Shown piece by piece: positions 20,613-29,802 of a DNA stretch of 64,000 nt (position 1 is its first letter; each line of letters starts with the position of its first letter). The position numbers were made by a program, and so were the translations under genes. Source of the stretch: Alphaproteobacteria bacterium (lineage in GTDB: Bacteria; Pseudomonadota; Alphaproteobacteria; JAAXGF01); NCBI GenBank assembly GCA_963555825.3, contig CAUVXB020000002.1, positions 224,001-288,000 on the forward strand. Direction: 5' to 3'. The notes beneath the pieces were generated by a model. That model did not search any database and was not told where the DNA came from. It worked only from the letters and a program-made list of their open reading frames with translations.

Positions 20613-21541
20613 ATTTGGCCGTCGGCGTGGAGAGTCAGGGCGGCGGTGACGAAGGCGTTGGCGGGTGTCGGGACGCCCAGATCGGATCCTAAGCGGACGA
20701 CGGCGCCCGACAGCCAGTCGAGCTCGAGCCGGTTGCCGCGCTTGAGGTCGCCGGCCATCGACGAGGTCATCTCGGCCGGCAGCGTGTCGGAAAAGGTGAG
20801 CCTCTTGGCGACCAGGTCGTCGTCGAGCGCGACGCCCTTGGCGCGCCCGACCGCCCAGGTCTCGGCCATGACCTCGGCGAGCAGACCGCGCGTTTCGGGG
20901 TCGTCACGCACCGGCCCGATCGGCTGGCGCGTGAGGCTGGTCAGCGCGCTCAGGCCGACCAGGAAAATGAATTTCTCCCAAATGCGCCGCTCGATGTCGC
21001 CTGACAGCCTGGCGTCGACGCCAGCCGCGGCAAGCGCCGCGATCAGCGCCTCGGCGCGCGGACTCTCGCGGCCGTCCAGCGCGCCGGCGATGACCGTCGC
21101 CATGGTGCCGGTGTGGCGGATGACGCCCGGCCGCTCGATCACCGCGGCGATCTGGCCGATGCCGCCGAGAACGTGTCCGCCACCCACAATTGCGGCGAGC
21201 CGGTGTGCGGCGTCGATGCCGTTCTGCAGCGAGACGACGGCCGTCTCGGGCCCGACCAGCGGCGCTGCGGCGCGCGCCGCCGCCTCGGTGTCCCACAGCT
21301 TGACGGTGACCAACACGACATCGACCGGGCCGATCGTCGCCGGGTCGTCGGTCGCCGTCGCCGGCTGGATATGGGCGTCGCCCAGCGCGCTCTCGATGTG
21401 CAGCCCGGTCTCGCGGATCGCCGCCAGATGCGCGCCGCGCGCGATGAAGGCGACGTCGTAGCCGGCGGCGGCGAGGCGGCCGCCGAAATAGCCGCCCACG
21501 CTACCGGCGCCCACGACACCGAATGTTGGTTTGCCGGTCAT
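20609..21541 (-). CDS. panE: 2-dehydropantoate 2-reductase family protein
   Basis: GAGSVGGYFG, VSLQNG, WEKFIFL, SSMAGDLKRGNRLELDWLSG. Confidence 0.85.
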   Translation of the reverse strand: MTGKPTFGVVGAGSVGGYFGGRLAAAGYDVAFIARGAHLAAIRETGLHIESALGDAHIQPATATDDPATIGPVDVVLVTVKLWDTEAAARAAAPLVGPETAVVSLQNGIDAAHRLAAIVGGGHVLGGIGQIAAVIERPGVIRHTGTMATVIAGALDGRESPRAEALIAALAAAGVDARLSGDIERRIWEKFIFLVGLSALTSLTRQPIGPVRDDPETRGLLAEVMAETWAVGRAKGVALDDDLVAKRLTFSDTLPAEMTSSMAGDLKRGNRLELDWLSGAVVRLGSDLGVPTPANAFVTAALTLHADGQI

Positions 21542-22308
21542 TTCAGATATCCGATGACGGTTTCGGCGATGGCGTCGGGCCGTTCGGGCAACAGCGCGTG
21601 CGAGGCGCCGGCCAGCTCGACCAGCGTGACGCGCTCGCCGAGCTCGCCCTTGAGCATGCGGCCGTTGGCGGGCAGCGCCATGCGGTCCTCGAGACCCTGG
21701 ATGACCAGCAGCGGCGCCGAGCCGGCGTGCCACCACGCCTCGACCGGCGTCGCGCCGTCGGCGACGGCCTGCAGCGCCGCCGCCTTGGGCGACCAGCCAT
21801 CGAGCCAAACGCCGGCGTCGTTACCGGCGGCGAAGAAGACCATGGCGATGGCGGCGCGCCGGTCGGCCTCGGGCGCGTCGAGCCGGAAGCAGACGTCGAA
21901 GGCGGCCGCCACGTCGTCGGGCACCGGCGCCATGCCGCCGGCGGCGAGCAGCACGACGCGGCGCACCAGATCGGGGCGCATCGTCGCCAGCATGCGCGCG
22001 ACGCGGTTGCCATAGGCGTGGCCGATGACGTCGGCCGGGCCGCCGCCGAGCCGATCGATAACCGCCGCCGCGTCGCCGGCGAGCACGGCCAAGGTGATGT
22101 TCTCGTTGGAGCCGCGGCTCGCGCCGATGCCGCGCGGCTCGGGCATGACCACGCGGCGGCCGGCCTCCACCAGCCGTTCGGCGAGATCGGCGAAGTCGGC
22201 GACACTCCGGCCCTGCGACGGAATGACCAGCACCGTCGGCCCTTCGCCGCGCACGGTGACGCCGATGCGCGCATCGCTGGTGACCACTTCGTGGCGCTCG
22301 GCGTTCAC
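21538..22308 (-). CDS. Alpha/beta hydrolase-fold protein
   Basis: GEGPTVLVIP, EPRGIGAS, GHAYG elbow (Ala in the Ser position), GASHALLPE. GTG start overlaps the upstream stop. Confidence 0.8.
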   Translation of the reverse strand: MNAERHEVVTSDARIGVTVRGEGPTVLVIPSQGRSVADFADLAERLVEAGRRVVMPEPRGIGASRGSNENITLAVLAGDAAAVIDRLGGGPADVIGHAYGNRVARMLATMRPDLVRRVVLLAAGGMAPVPDDVAAAFDVCFRLDAPEADRRAAIAMVFFAAGNDAGVWLDGWSPKAAALQAVADGATPVEAWWHAGSAPLLVIQGLEDRMALPANGRMLKGELGERVTLVELAGASHALLPERPDAIAETVIGYLK

Positions 22309-24608
22309 TGTCCGGCTGCGCGCATAACTCGCCATAGGTATTCGGGCGTCAACGGCATGTCGACCTGGGTCACGCCCAAGGATGCGAGCGCATCGATCAC
22401 GGCGTTGACAATTGCCGGCGGGCCGCCGATACAGCCGGCCTCGCCACAGCCCTTGGTGCCGAGCGGGTTGGCCGTGCACGGCGTGACGTTGCGCGCCGCG
22501 TCGAAGGCCGGCAGGTCGTCGGCGCGCGGCAGGCAGTAGTCCATCAACGAGCCCGACAGCAACTGCCCAGAACCGGCGTCGTAGACGCTGCGCTCGAAGA
22601 CCGCCTGGCCGAGGCCCTGGGCGAGCGCGCCGTGCAGCTGGCCGTCGACGATCAGCGGGTTGACGACCAAGCCGAAATCGTCGACCGCGGTATAGGCGAC
22701 GATGTCGAGCACACCGGTCTCGCGGTCGATCTCGACCTCGGCGATGTAGCAGCCGTTGGGAAACGTCTGCGCCTCGGCGTAGAAACGGAAGCGGCCCTCG
22801 ATGCCGGCCGCGGCGCCGGCGGCGACCTCGGCGAGCCCAATCGCGCGGTCGGTGCCGGCGACCGTGAACCGGCCGTCGGCAAAGGTCAGATCGCGCGCCG
22901 ACACCTCGAGCCGATCGGCGGCGAGCCCGGCCACCTTGTCGATCACGATGTCGGCCGCACCGCCGATCGCGCTGCCGGCGTGCGCCAGCGAGCGCGAAGC
23001 GACCGTGCCTTCGCCGTAGGCGATGGCGTCGGTATCGCCCTGCACCAGCCAAATATCGTCGAACGGCAGGCCGAGGCGCTCGGCGACGAGCTGCACGAAG
23101 GCGGTCTCGTGGCCCTGGCCGGTCGATTGCGAGCCGACCGCGACGCTGACCGCGCCACCGGGATCGAGACGGATCGTCGCCTCCTCGGCCGCGCCGCCGC
23201 CGCAGCGCTCGATATAGGTCGCCATGCCGAGGCCACGCAGTTTGCCGCGCACGGCGGCGCTGGCGCGGCGTTTCTCGAATGCCGGCCAATCGACGCGCGC
23301 CATGGCGTCATCCATGTTGCGCGCGAAATCGCCGTTGTCGTAGACCAGTCCCAGCGCCGTCGCATAGGGCATCGCCGCCGGCGCTATGAAGTTGCGCCGC
23401 CGGATGTCGTCCGGCGCGATGCCGATCTCGCGCGCGGCGGTCTCGATCAGGCGCTCGATGACATAGGCCGCCTCGGGCCGCCCCGCGCCGCGATAGGCGT
23501 CGGTCGGCACGGTGTTGGTGAAGACCGTCGTATACGCGGCCGACGCCGCCGGAATGTCATAGACGCCGCTCAACATCGACGCGCTCAGGATGGTCGAGAT
23601 GAAGGCGCCGTGCGGCGACAGATAGGCGCCGAGGTTGACCGTCGTCGCGACTCGCAGGCCGAGGATGCGGTGCTCGGCGTCGAGCGCGAGCTCGGCGTGG
23701 GTCGCGTGGTCGCGCGCCTGGCTATCGCTGACGAAGCTTTCGCTGCGTTCGCCGATCCAGCGCACCGGCCGGCCGACCCGCCTGGCCGCCCACAGGACCA
23801 ACGCCTGTTCGGCGTAGAGGAACGCCTTCATGCCGAAACCGCCACCGACGTCGGGCGTGACCACGCGCAACATTTTGGGGGGCATCTTGAGAACGTGGCC
23901 AGCGATGGCGTCGCGCAGCCCGTGGACGCCCTGGGTCCCGCTGGTCAGCGTATAGCGCCCCGTCGCCGCGTCGAAGTCGCCGATCGCGTTGCGCGGCTCC
24001 ATCGAGGCGACGACGACGCGATTGTTGACCAGTTCGAGCGAAACCACCCGCGTGGCGCGCGCGAAAGCGGCGTCCGTGGCCGCCGCGTCGCCCAGCCGGT
24101 AAACGGTGCAGACGTTGCCCGGCGCCTCGTCCCGGATCTGCGGCTGGCCGGCTTTCGCCGCTGTCCGGGTGCCGGTAACGACCGCGAGCGGCGCGTACTC
24201 GACGGCGATGAGCTCGGCGGCGTCCTTGGCCTGGGCGAGGCTCTCGGCGACCACCAAGGCGACCGGCTCGCCGACGTGGCGCACCCGGCCCGCCGCCAGC
24301 AGCGGCCGGGGCGGCGTCGCCATCGGTGCGCCGTCCCAGTTGGGCACATCGTCCAGGCTGGGTAGTGTGCCAAGCCCGTCGGCGGCGACATCGGCGGCGG
24401 TCAAGACGGCGAGCACGCCGGGCGCCGCCGCCGCAGCCGCAGCCGCGGTGTCGATCGAGGCGATCTCGGCATGGGCGTGCGGCGATCGCAGCACGAAGCC
24501 ATATGCCTGGTTCGCCATGGCGATGTCGTCGGTATAGCGACCCTGGCCGGTCAGAAACCGGTCGTCCTCGCGCCGGCGCAGCGCCTGACCGATGCCGAAT
24601 TTCTCCAT
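22305..24608 (-). CDS. Xanthine dehydrogenase-family molybdopterin-binding large subunit (CoxL form II-like)
   Basis: RREDDRFLTGQGRYTDD, DVGGGFGMK, AYRGAGRPE, GQGHET, KGCGEAG. Confidence 0.92.
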   Translation of the reverse strand: MEKFGIGQALRRREDDRFLTGQGRYTDDIAMANQAYGFVLRSPHAHAEIASIDTAAAAAAAAPGVLAVLTAADVAADGLGTLPSLDDVPNWDGAPMATPPRPLLAAGRVRHVGEPVALVVAESLAQAKDAAELIAVEYAPLAVVTGTRTAAKAGQPQIRDEAPGNVCTVYRLGDAAATDAAFARATRVVSLELVNNRVVVASMEPRNAIGDFDAATGRYTLTSGTQGVHGLRDAIAGHVLKMPPKMLRVVTPDVGGGFGMKAFLYAEQALVLWAARRVGRPVRWIGERSESFVSDSQARDHATHAELALDAEHRILGLRVATTVNLGAYLSPHGAFISTILSASMLSGVYDIPAASAAYTTVFTNTVPTDAYRGAGRPEAAYVIERLIETAAREIGIAPDDIRRRNFIAPAAMPYATALGLVYDNGDFARNMDDAMARVDWPAFEKRRASAAVRGKLRGLGMATYIERCGGGAAEEATIRLDPGGAVSVAVGSQSTGQGHETAFVQLVAERLGLPFDDIWLVQGDTDAIAYGEGTVASRSLAHAGSAIGGAADIVIDKVAGLAADRLEVSARDLTFADGRFTVAGTDRAIGLAEVAAGAAAGIEGRFRFYAEAQTFPNGCYIAEVEIDRETGVLDIVAYTAVDDFGLVVNPLIVDGQLHGALAQGLGQAVFERSVYDAGSGQLLSGSLMDYCLPRADDLPAFDAARNVTPCTANPLGTKGCGEAGCIGGPPAIVNAVIDALASLGVTQVDMPLTPEYLWRVMRAAGQ

Positions 24609-24801
24609 GACCGTGCATCTCCCCCGCCCTCGCCGGTCCGGCGTGACTTCGACAATCCGGGGCGGCGTCATGAAACTTGCGCGGTGGCGACGCGATTCGC
24701 AAGGTCGGCGTCGCCGGCGAGGCGCGATTTGTTCGTGTCATTCGGCCGCGATGTATGGTTCCCTTGTGGCAACGCACAGAGCCGGGATTACCGACGGCAA
24801 C

Positions 24802-27588
24802 ATGAGCGACGACGCTAAACGTCCTGAACGCATTTCGCTGGGCCGCTACTACAACGCCGCCCAGCTACGCGCCGACAGCTGGAACCGGCTCAAGGTGCTC
24901 GCCCAGCGCCGTGCGGAGAAGCGCTCTGCGGGTGTCGACACCGCCGGTCTGCATCACGAGTTCGCACAGGCGCTCGACACCCTCGAGCCGATCGAGAGCT
25001 ATTGGGCGTTCCCCTCGAAGCAGGCCTTCGAGCATATCCGCATGTTGTTCGAACAGGGCGATGACAGCCGACTGGCGCGGCTGGTCGCGCGCATCGTGCG
25101 GGCCCTGGTCAGCCAGTCCTACCGGCGCGGCATGATCTCGATGGATTTCTATCACGACGCCGAGGACGAGGAGAACGACGATGCGATCCTCGAATCCTTC
25201 GCCGAGGCCGATGCCGCGCCGGACCGTCCCTATTTCGAGGTGCTCGTCGTCGACAACATCTCGGCGCACGACGAACGCACCCTGCGGTCGGGGCTGCGCG
25301 CCATGCGCCGGCCCGAGGACAGTTTCGTTTACGACGTGGTCGTCGTGCCGAGCTTCGAGGACGCCCTGATCGCGGTGCTGTTCAACCACAACCTACAGGC
25401 CGCCGTCATCCGCTACGGCTTTCCCTTCGCCTCGCGCCACAATCTCGATGTTCTGCACCGCTATCTCGAGGCCGTCGACGAGCGCGCGCTCGAGGGCCGG
25501 CCGGATGCCGACCACGGTCCCCTGCTCGGCCGCGTGATCGGCGAACTCAGACCCGAACTCGACTGCTATCTGGTGACCGATTCGGCGGTCGAGGACGTCG
25601 CCGGCGAGATCGCCCAGCACTTCCAGCGCATCTTCTACCGCCAGGAGGACTATCTCGAGCTGCATCTCAGCATTCTGCGCGGCATCGAACACCGCTACGA
25701 AACGCCGTTCTTCACCGCGCTGCGCGAGTACGCCAAGCAGCCGACCGGCGTGTTCCACGCCATGCCGATCTCGCGCGGCAAGTCGGTCACCAAGTCCCAT
25801 TGGATCCAGGACATGGCGCGTTTTTACGGCATGAACATGTTCCTGGCCGAGACCTCGGCGACCTCGGGCGGCCTCGATTCACTGCTGCAACCGCTCGGGC
25901 CGATCAAGAAGGCCCAACAGCTCGCGGCCCGCGCTTTCGGCGCGCGCCATACCTTCTTCGTCACCAACGGCACCTCGACCGCCAACAAGGTGGTCATGCA
26001 GGCGCTCGTCACGCCGGGCGATATCGTCTTGGTCGACCGCGACTGCCACAAGTCGCTGCACTACGGCATGGTGCTGGGCGGCGGCTATGTCGATTATCTC
26101 GACGCCTATCCGCTACACGACTACTCGATGTACGGCGCCGTGCCGCTGCGCCAGATCAAGGCTCGCCTGCTGGCCTACAAACGCGCCGGCAAGCTCGACC
26201 GGGTCAAGCTTCTGGTGCTGACCAACTGCACCTTCGACGGGCTGATCTACAACGTCGAGCGGGTCATGGAGGAGTGCCTGGCAATCAAGCCCAACCTGGT
26301 GTTCCACTGGGACGAGGCGTGGTTCGCCTTCGCCAGTTTCGTGCCCGCCTACCGCCAGCGCACCGCCATGTACGTCGCCAACAGGCTGCGCCGGCGCTTT
26401 GCCGGCGAACGCTACCGCGCAGAATACGCGGCCTGGCGCGAAGACTTCGACAAGCTCGATGGCGACGCCGACGAGACCTGGCTCGACACGCGGCTGATGC
26501 CCGACCCCGATGTGGCGCGGGTGCGTGTCTATGCCACCCATTCGACGCACAAGACGCTGACCTCGCTGCGCCAGGGCTCGATGATTCACGTCAACGACCA
26601 GGACTACCGCGCCAAGGTCGAGGAGGCCTTCCACGAGGCCTATATGACACACACCTCGACCTCGCCGAACTACCAGATCCTCGCCTCGCTCGACATCGGC
26701 CGGCGTCAGGTCGAGCTCGAGGGCTTCGAGCTGGTGCAGAAGCAGATCGAGCTGGCCATGGTGCTGCGCGAACGCATCAAGACACACCCGCTGCTGTCGA
26801 AATATTTCCATTTCCTGACCATGGACCACCTGATCCCGGCCGAATACCGGCCGTCGGGCATCCAGGTCTACTACGACCCCGAGCGCGGCTGGTCGCGCAT
26901 GGAGGAGGCCTGGGGCTCCGACGAGTTCGCACTCGACCCGTCACGGCTGACGCTGTTCGTCGGCAAGACGGGGACCGACGGCGATACCTTCAAGAACCGC
27001 GTGCTGATGGACCGCTACGGCATCCAGATCAACAAGACGTCGCGCAACACGGTGCTGTTCATGACCAACATCGGCACGACGCGCAGCTCGGTCGCCTACC
27101 TCATCGAGGTGCTCGTCAAGATCGCCGAGGAACTCGACGAGGAGTACGCCGAATCGAGCCCGATCGAACGGCGGCTGCACGACAAGCGCGTTGTGTCGTT
27201 GTGCGTGGACCTGCCGCCGCTGCCCGACTTCAGCCATTTTCACGATGCTTTCCGGCCCGACCCCGACGGCGACACGCCCGAGGGCGACATGCGCACCGCC
27301 TATTTCAAGGCCTACGACGACGCGCAGTGCCGCTATCTCGACATCGACGAGATCGGCCGCGCGATCGAGGGCGGCGAGGCGGTCGTCTCGGCGATGTTCG
27401 TCATCCCCTATCCGCCGGGATTCCCGATCCTGGTGCCGGGACAGGTGGTCAGCCGCGCGATCCTCGACTATATGGGCGCACTCGACGTCAAGGAGATCCA
27501 CGGCTACCGCCCCGAGCTCGGCATGCGCGTCTTCACCGAAGAGGCGCTGGAGACGGCGAGCGGCGAAACCAAACGGGCAGCGGAGTAG
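24802..27588 (+). CDS. Large PLP-dependent amino-acid decarboxylase (Orn/Lys/Arg decarboxylase fold) with a long N-terminal extension
   Basis: GVFHAMP, FVTNGTSTANK, DRDCHKSLHYG, TNCTFDG, HWDEAW, PLP-lysine motif ATHSTHKTL, HTSTSPNY, PYPPGFPILVPG. 928 aa from ATG 24802. Confidence 0.92.
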   Translation: MSDDAKRPERISLGRYYNAAQLRADSWNRLKVLAQRRAEKRSAGVDTAGLHHEFAQALDTLEPIESYWAFPSKQAFEHIRMLFEQGDDSRLARLVARIVRALVSQSYRRGMISMDFYHDAEDEENDDAILESFAEADAAPDRPYFEVLVVDNISAHDERTLRSGLRAMRRPEDSFVYDVVVVPSFEDALIAVLFNHNLQAAVIRYGFPFASRHNLDVLHRYLEAVDERALEGRPDADHGPLLGRVIGELRPELDCYLVTDSAVEDVAGEIAQHFQRIFYRQEDYLELHLSILRGIEHRYETPFFTALREYAKQPTGVFHAMPISRGKSVTKSHWIQDMARFYGMNMFLAETSATSGGLDSLLQPLGPIKKAQQLAARAFGARHTFFVTNGTSTANKVVMQALVTPGDIVLVDRDCHKSLHYGMVLGGGYVDYLDAYPLHDYSMYGAVPLRQIKARLLAYKRAGKLDRVKLLVLTNCTFDGLIYNVERVMEECLAIKPNLVFHWDEAWFAFASFVPAYRQRTAMYVANRLRRRFAGERYRAEYAAWREDFDKLDGDADETWLDTRLMPDPDVARVRVYATHSTHKTLTSLRQGSMIHVNDQDYRAKVEEAFHEAYMTHTSTSPNYQILASLDIGRRQVELEGFELVQKQIELAMVLRERIKTHPLLSKYFHFLTMDHLIPAEYRPSGIQVYYDPERGWSRMEEAWGSDEFALDPSRLTLFVGKTGTDGDTFKNRVLMDRYGIQINKTSRNTVLFMTNIGTTRSSVAYLIEVLVKIAEELDEEYAESSPIERRLHDKRVVSLCVDLPPLPDFSHFHDAFRPDPDGDTPEGDMRTAYFKAYDDAQCRYLDIDEIGRAIEGGEAVVSAMFVIPYPPGFPILVPGQVVSRAILDYMGALDVKEIHGYRPELGMRVFTEEALETASGETKRAAE

Positions 27589-27614
27589 TCCGTCGCGGCA
27601 AAGCTAAAATGAGG

Positions 27615-27730
27615 AACCACAGACACATAGAGGCACAGAGGTGAGGCCGCGTAGAGACGGGTTATTGTAAGGGCGGGTTTCAAACCCGTCCCTACGATAG
27701 TTTTCTCTGTGTCTCCGTGTCTCTGTGGTT
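27615..27730. repeat. CACAGAG-type inverted repeat enclosing a GTAG-type REP palindrome
   Basis: AACCACAGACACATAGAGGCACAGAG...CTCTGTGTCTCCGTGTCTCTGTGGTT (same family as 2580-2788). Inner palindrome CGTAGAGACGGGTT...AAACCCGTCCCTACG (27650-27696). Confidence 0.85.
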
Positions 27731-27784
27731 CTATAAACCCGAGGCGTCGCGAAGGTACAAGCGACCGGGGATAGGGAGGCAGCC

Positions 27785-29254
27785 ATGGCGCGCAGCGCGC
27801 AGAAGAAGAAACTCAACGGCATCTCGGAGATCCGGCGGTTCTTTCACCGCAACGAGTCGCCGATCTACTTCATCAGCGCGACCAATTTCAACCTGCTCGG
27901 GATCGATGAGTGGGTTAAAAATTTCAAATATATCAATTATTTAGACTGCTTCGACGGGCGCCATCCCAACGTCCTCGTGCCGAGCACCGACGACCACCCC
28001 GAGTTCGAGAGTATCGAGGACATCAACAACTACATGCTGCAGCACAAGGAGGTGCACGACTTCGTCAAGGGCCGCGGCAAGCGCCCCAAGGCGGTTTTCC
28101 TGATGTTCGACCGCGACACCGAACGGCTGGCGCGCGAGCTTGGCATGCAAGTCTGGTTCCCCAAGGCGCGGCTGCGCACCAAGGTCGACAACAAGATCGA
28201 GACCGTGCGTATCGGCGAGAAGGCCGGCGTGCCGAGCGTGCCCAACGTGCTGACCAAGGTCTCGAGTTATGACGCGTTGCGCAGGGCAAGCAAGGGGCTG
28301 GGCGAGGCGCTGGTGGTGCAGACCGCGTTCGGCGATTCGGGCCACACCACCTTCTTCATCTCGAACGAGGCCGACTGGCGGCGCCACGCCGACGAAATCG
28401 TCGGCCACGGCGAGGTCAAGATCATGAAGCGCATCAACTGCCTCGGCTCGACCATCGAGGCCTGCACCACCAAGGCGGGCACGATCGTCGGCCCGCTGCT
28501 TACCGAGCTGGTCGGCTTTCCCGCGCTGACGCCCTACAAGGGCGGCTGGTGCGGCAACGAGATCTTCCCCGAGGCGTTCACCCCCGAGATCCGCGCCGAC
28601 GCGCGCGACTTGACCTTCCGCTTCGGCGAGCAGCTTCGTCAGGAGGGCTATCGCGGTTATTTCGACCTCGATTTCCTGATCGACACCGAGACCGGCGAGC
28701 TGTGGCTGGGCGAGCTCAACCCGCGCATCACGGGCGCCAGCTCGATGACCAACCACGCCGCCTTCGCGCACGCCGACGCGCCCTTGTTCCTGTTTCACCT
28801 GCTGGAATTCTCGGGCGTCGACTTCGACTTCGACGTCGATGCGCTCAACGACCGCTGGGCCGACCCGGCCAATATCGACAGCTGGAGCCAGATGGTCATC
28901 AAGCATACCGAGGACACGGTCGACATCCTGACGGCGGCGCCCGAAAGCGGCATCTGGCGGCTCGGCGACGATGGCGGCATCGAATACGCGCGCTTCGACT
29001 ACCACCGCCGCGCCGTCGAGAACGAGCAGGAGGCCTTCTTCCTGCGTATCTCGGGCGCCGGCGACTACCGCTACGAGGGCGCCGATCTCGGCATCCTGAT
29101 CACGCGCGGCCGGCTGATGACCAAGACCCACCGCCTGAACGCCCGCGCCAAGCGCTGGATCGCGGGCATCAAGGGCCGCTTCACCGGCCAGCCGCTGGGC
29201 CGCACGCCGATGCCCGCCGCGGCCACCGAGCAGCCGGTCTTCAAGATCCTGTGA
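27785..29254 (+). CDS. Stand-alone ATP-grasp enzyme
   Basis: DNKIET, VVQTAFGDSGHTTF loop, GYRGYFDLDFL, GELNPRITG (ExNxR). RBS GGGAGG. Confidence 0.88.
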   Translation: MARSAQKKKLNGISEIRRFFHRNESPIYFISATNFNLLGIDEWVKNFKYINYLDCFDGRHPNVLVPSTDDHPEFESIEDINNYMLQHKEVHDFVKGRGKRPKAVFLMFDRDTERLARELGMQVWFPKARLRTKVDNKIETVRIGEKAGVPSVPNVLTKVSSYDALRRASKGLGEALVVQTAFGDSGHTTFFISNEADWRRHADEIVGHGEVKIMKRINCLGSTIEACTTKAGTIVGPLLTELVGFPALTPYKGGWCGNEIFPEAFTPEIRADARDLTFRFGEQLRQEGYRGYFDLDFLIDTETGELWLGELNPRITGASSMTNHAAFAHADAPLFLFHLLEFSGVDFDFDVDALNDRWADPANIDSWSQMVIKHTEDTVDILTAAPESGIWRLGDDGGIEYARFDYHRRAVENEQEAFFLRISGAGDYRYEGADLGILITRGRLMTKTHRLNARAKRWIAGIKGRFTGQPLGRTPMPAAATEQPVFKIL

Positions 29255-29792
29255 AGCCCGGAATTCTCACCATGGACAGGTGCGGCACGGCGGATATCGG
29301 ACGACAGGCTAGGAAAAGCGCGCCGCGCGATGCCAGTACTCCCTTGCACGATTCCACGGCACGTAGGATCGCGTTTCCCGTTTCCTCGGCAGGCGGGGGC
29401 GCGAAGGCGATGCCTTGGCATCGCAGAGCGTTCCCGACGCCCCGAGGGGGCGGGAAACGCGACCCGCAGGGCGGCCTTGCGCGGCCGCCGGCGGCGTTGC
29501 CCGGCGTTTGTGATGCGCCCAGCATCACGGCGCGCCGGGCGCCTTGCCGGACGACCACGCAAGGCCGTCCTACGTACCGTGGAATCGTGCAAGTGAGTAC
29601 TCGCGCACCGGGCAAGCGCTTTGACGCGGCCTGTCGTCCGAGATCCGCCGCCCTTAAGGGTCGCGCCGGGCGGGGCGGGCGCGGCGTCGAGGGCCTTGCG
29701 CGTAGCCCAGGCTATGCGCCGCGGCCTTCTCCTGGCGGATCGACGCCGCCCGACGCGATGACGCGCCTGTCCATAGTGAGAACTCCGGGCTA
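29255..29792. mobile_element. MITE-like element, family C, copy 1, carrying nested element D
   Basis: Inverted repeats AGCCCGGAATTCTCACCATGGACAGG / CCTGTCCATAGTGAGAACTCCGGGCT. 538 bp = 271-bp C (as at 40193-40463) + 267-bp insert. Confidence 0.9.
29335..29601. mobile_element. MITE-like element, family D (267 bp), nested in C
   Basis: 34-bp inverted repeats AGTACTCCCTTGCACGATTCCACGGCACGTAGGA / TCCTACGTACCGTGGAATCGTGCAAGTGAGTACT (2 mismatches). Absent from the second C copy. Confidence 0.88.
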
Positions 29793-29802
29793 GGGCCCCG
29801 GC

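Noticed and set aside
22305-24608. Aerobic CO dehydrogenase (form I coxL)
   Set aside because: The motif is AYRGAGR rather than AYxCSFR, and coxM/coxS are not adjacent.
27785-29254. True biotin carboxylase (accC)
   Set aside because: It lacks the ANRGEIA N-terminus and the GGGG loop, and no biotin carrier gene is nearby; treated as a stand-alone ATP-grasp enzyme.
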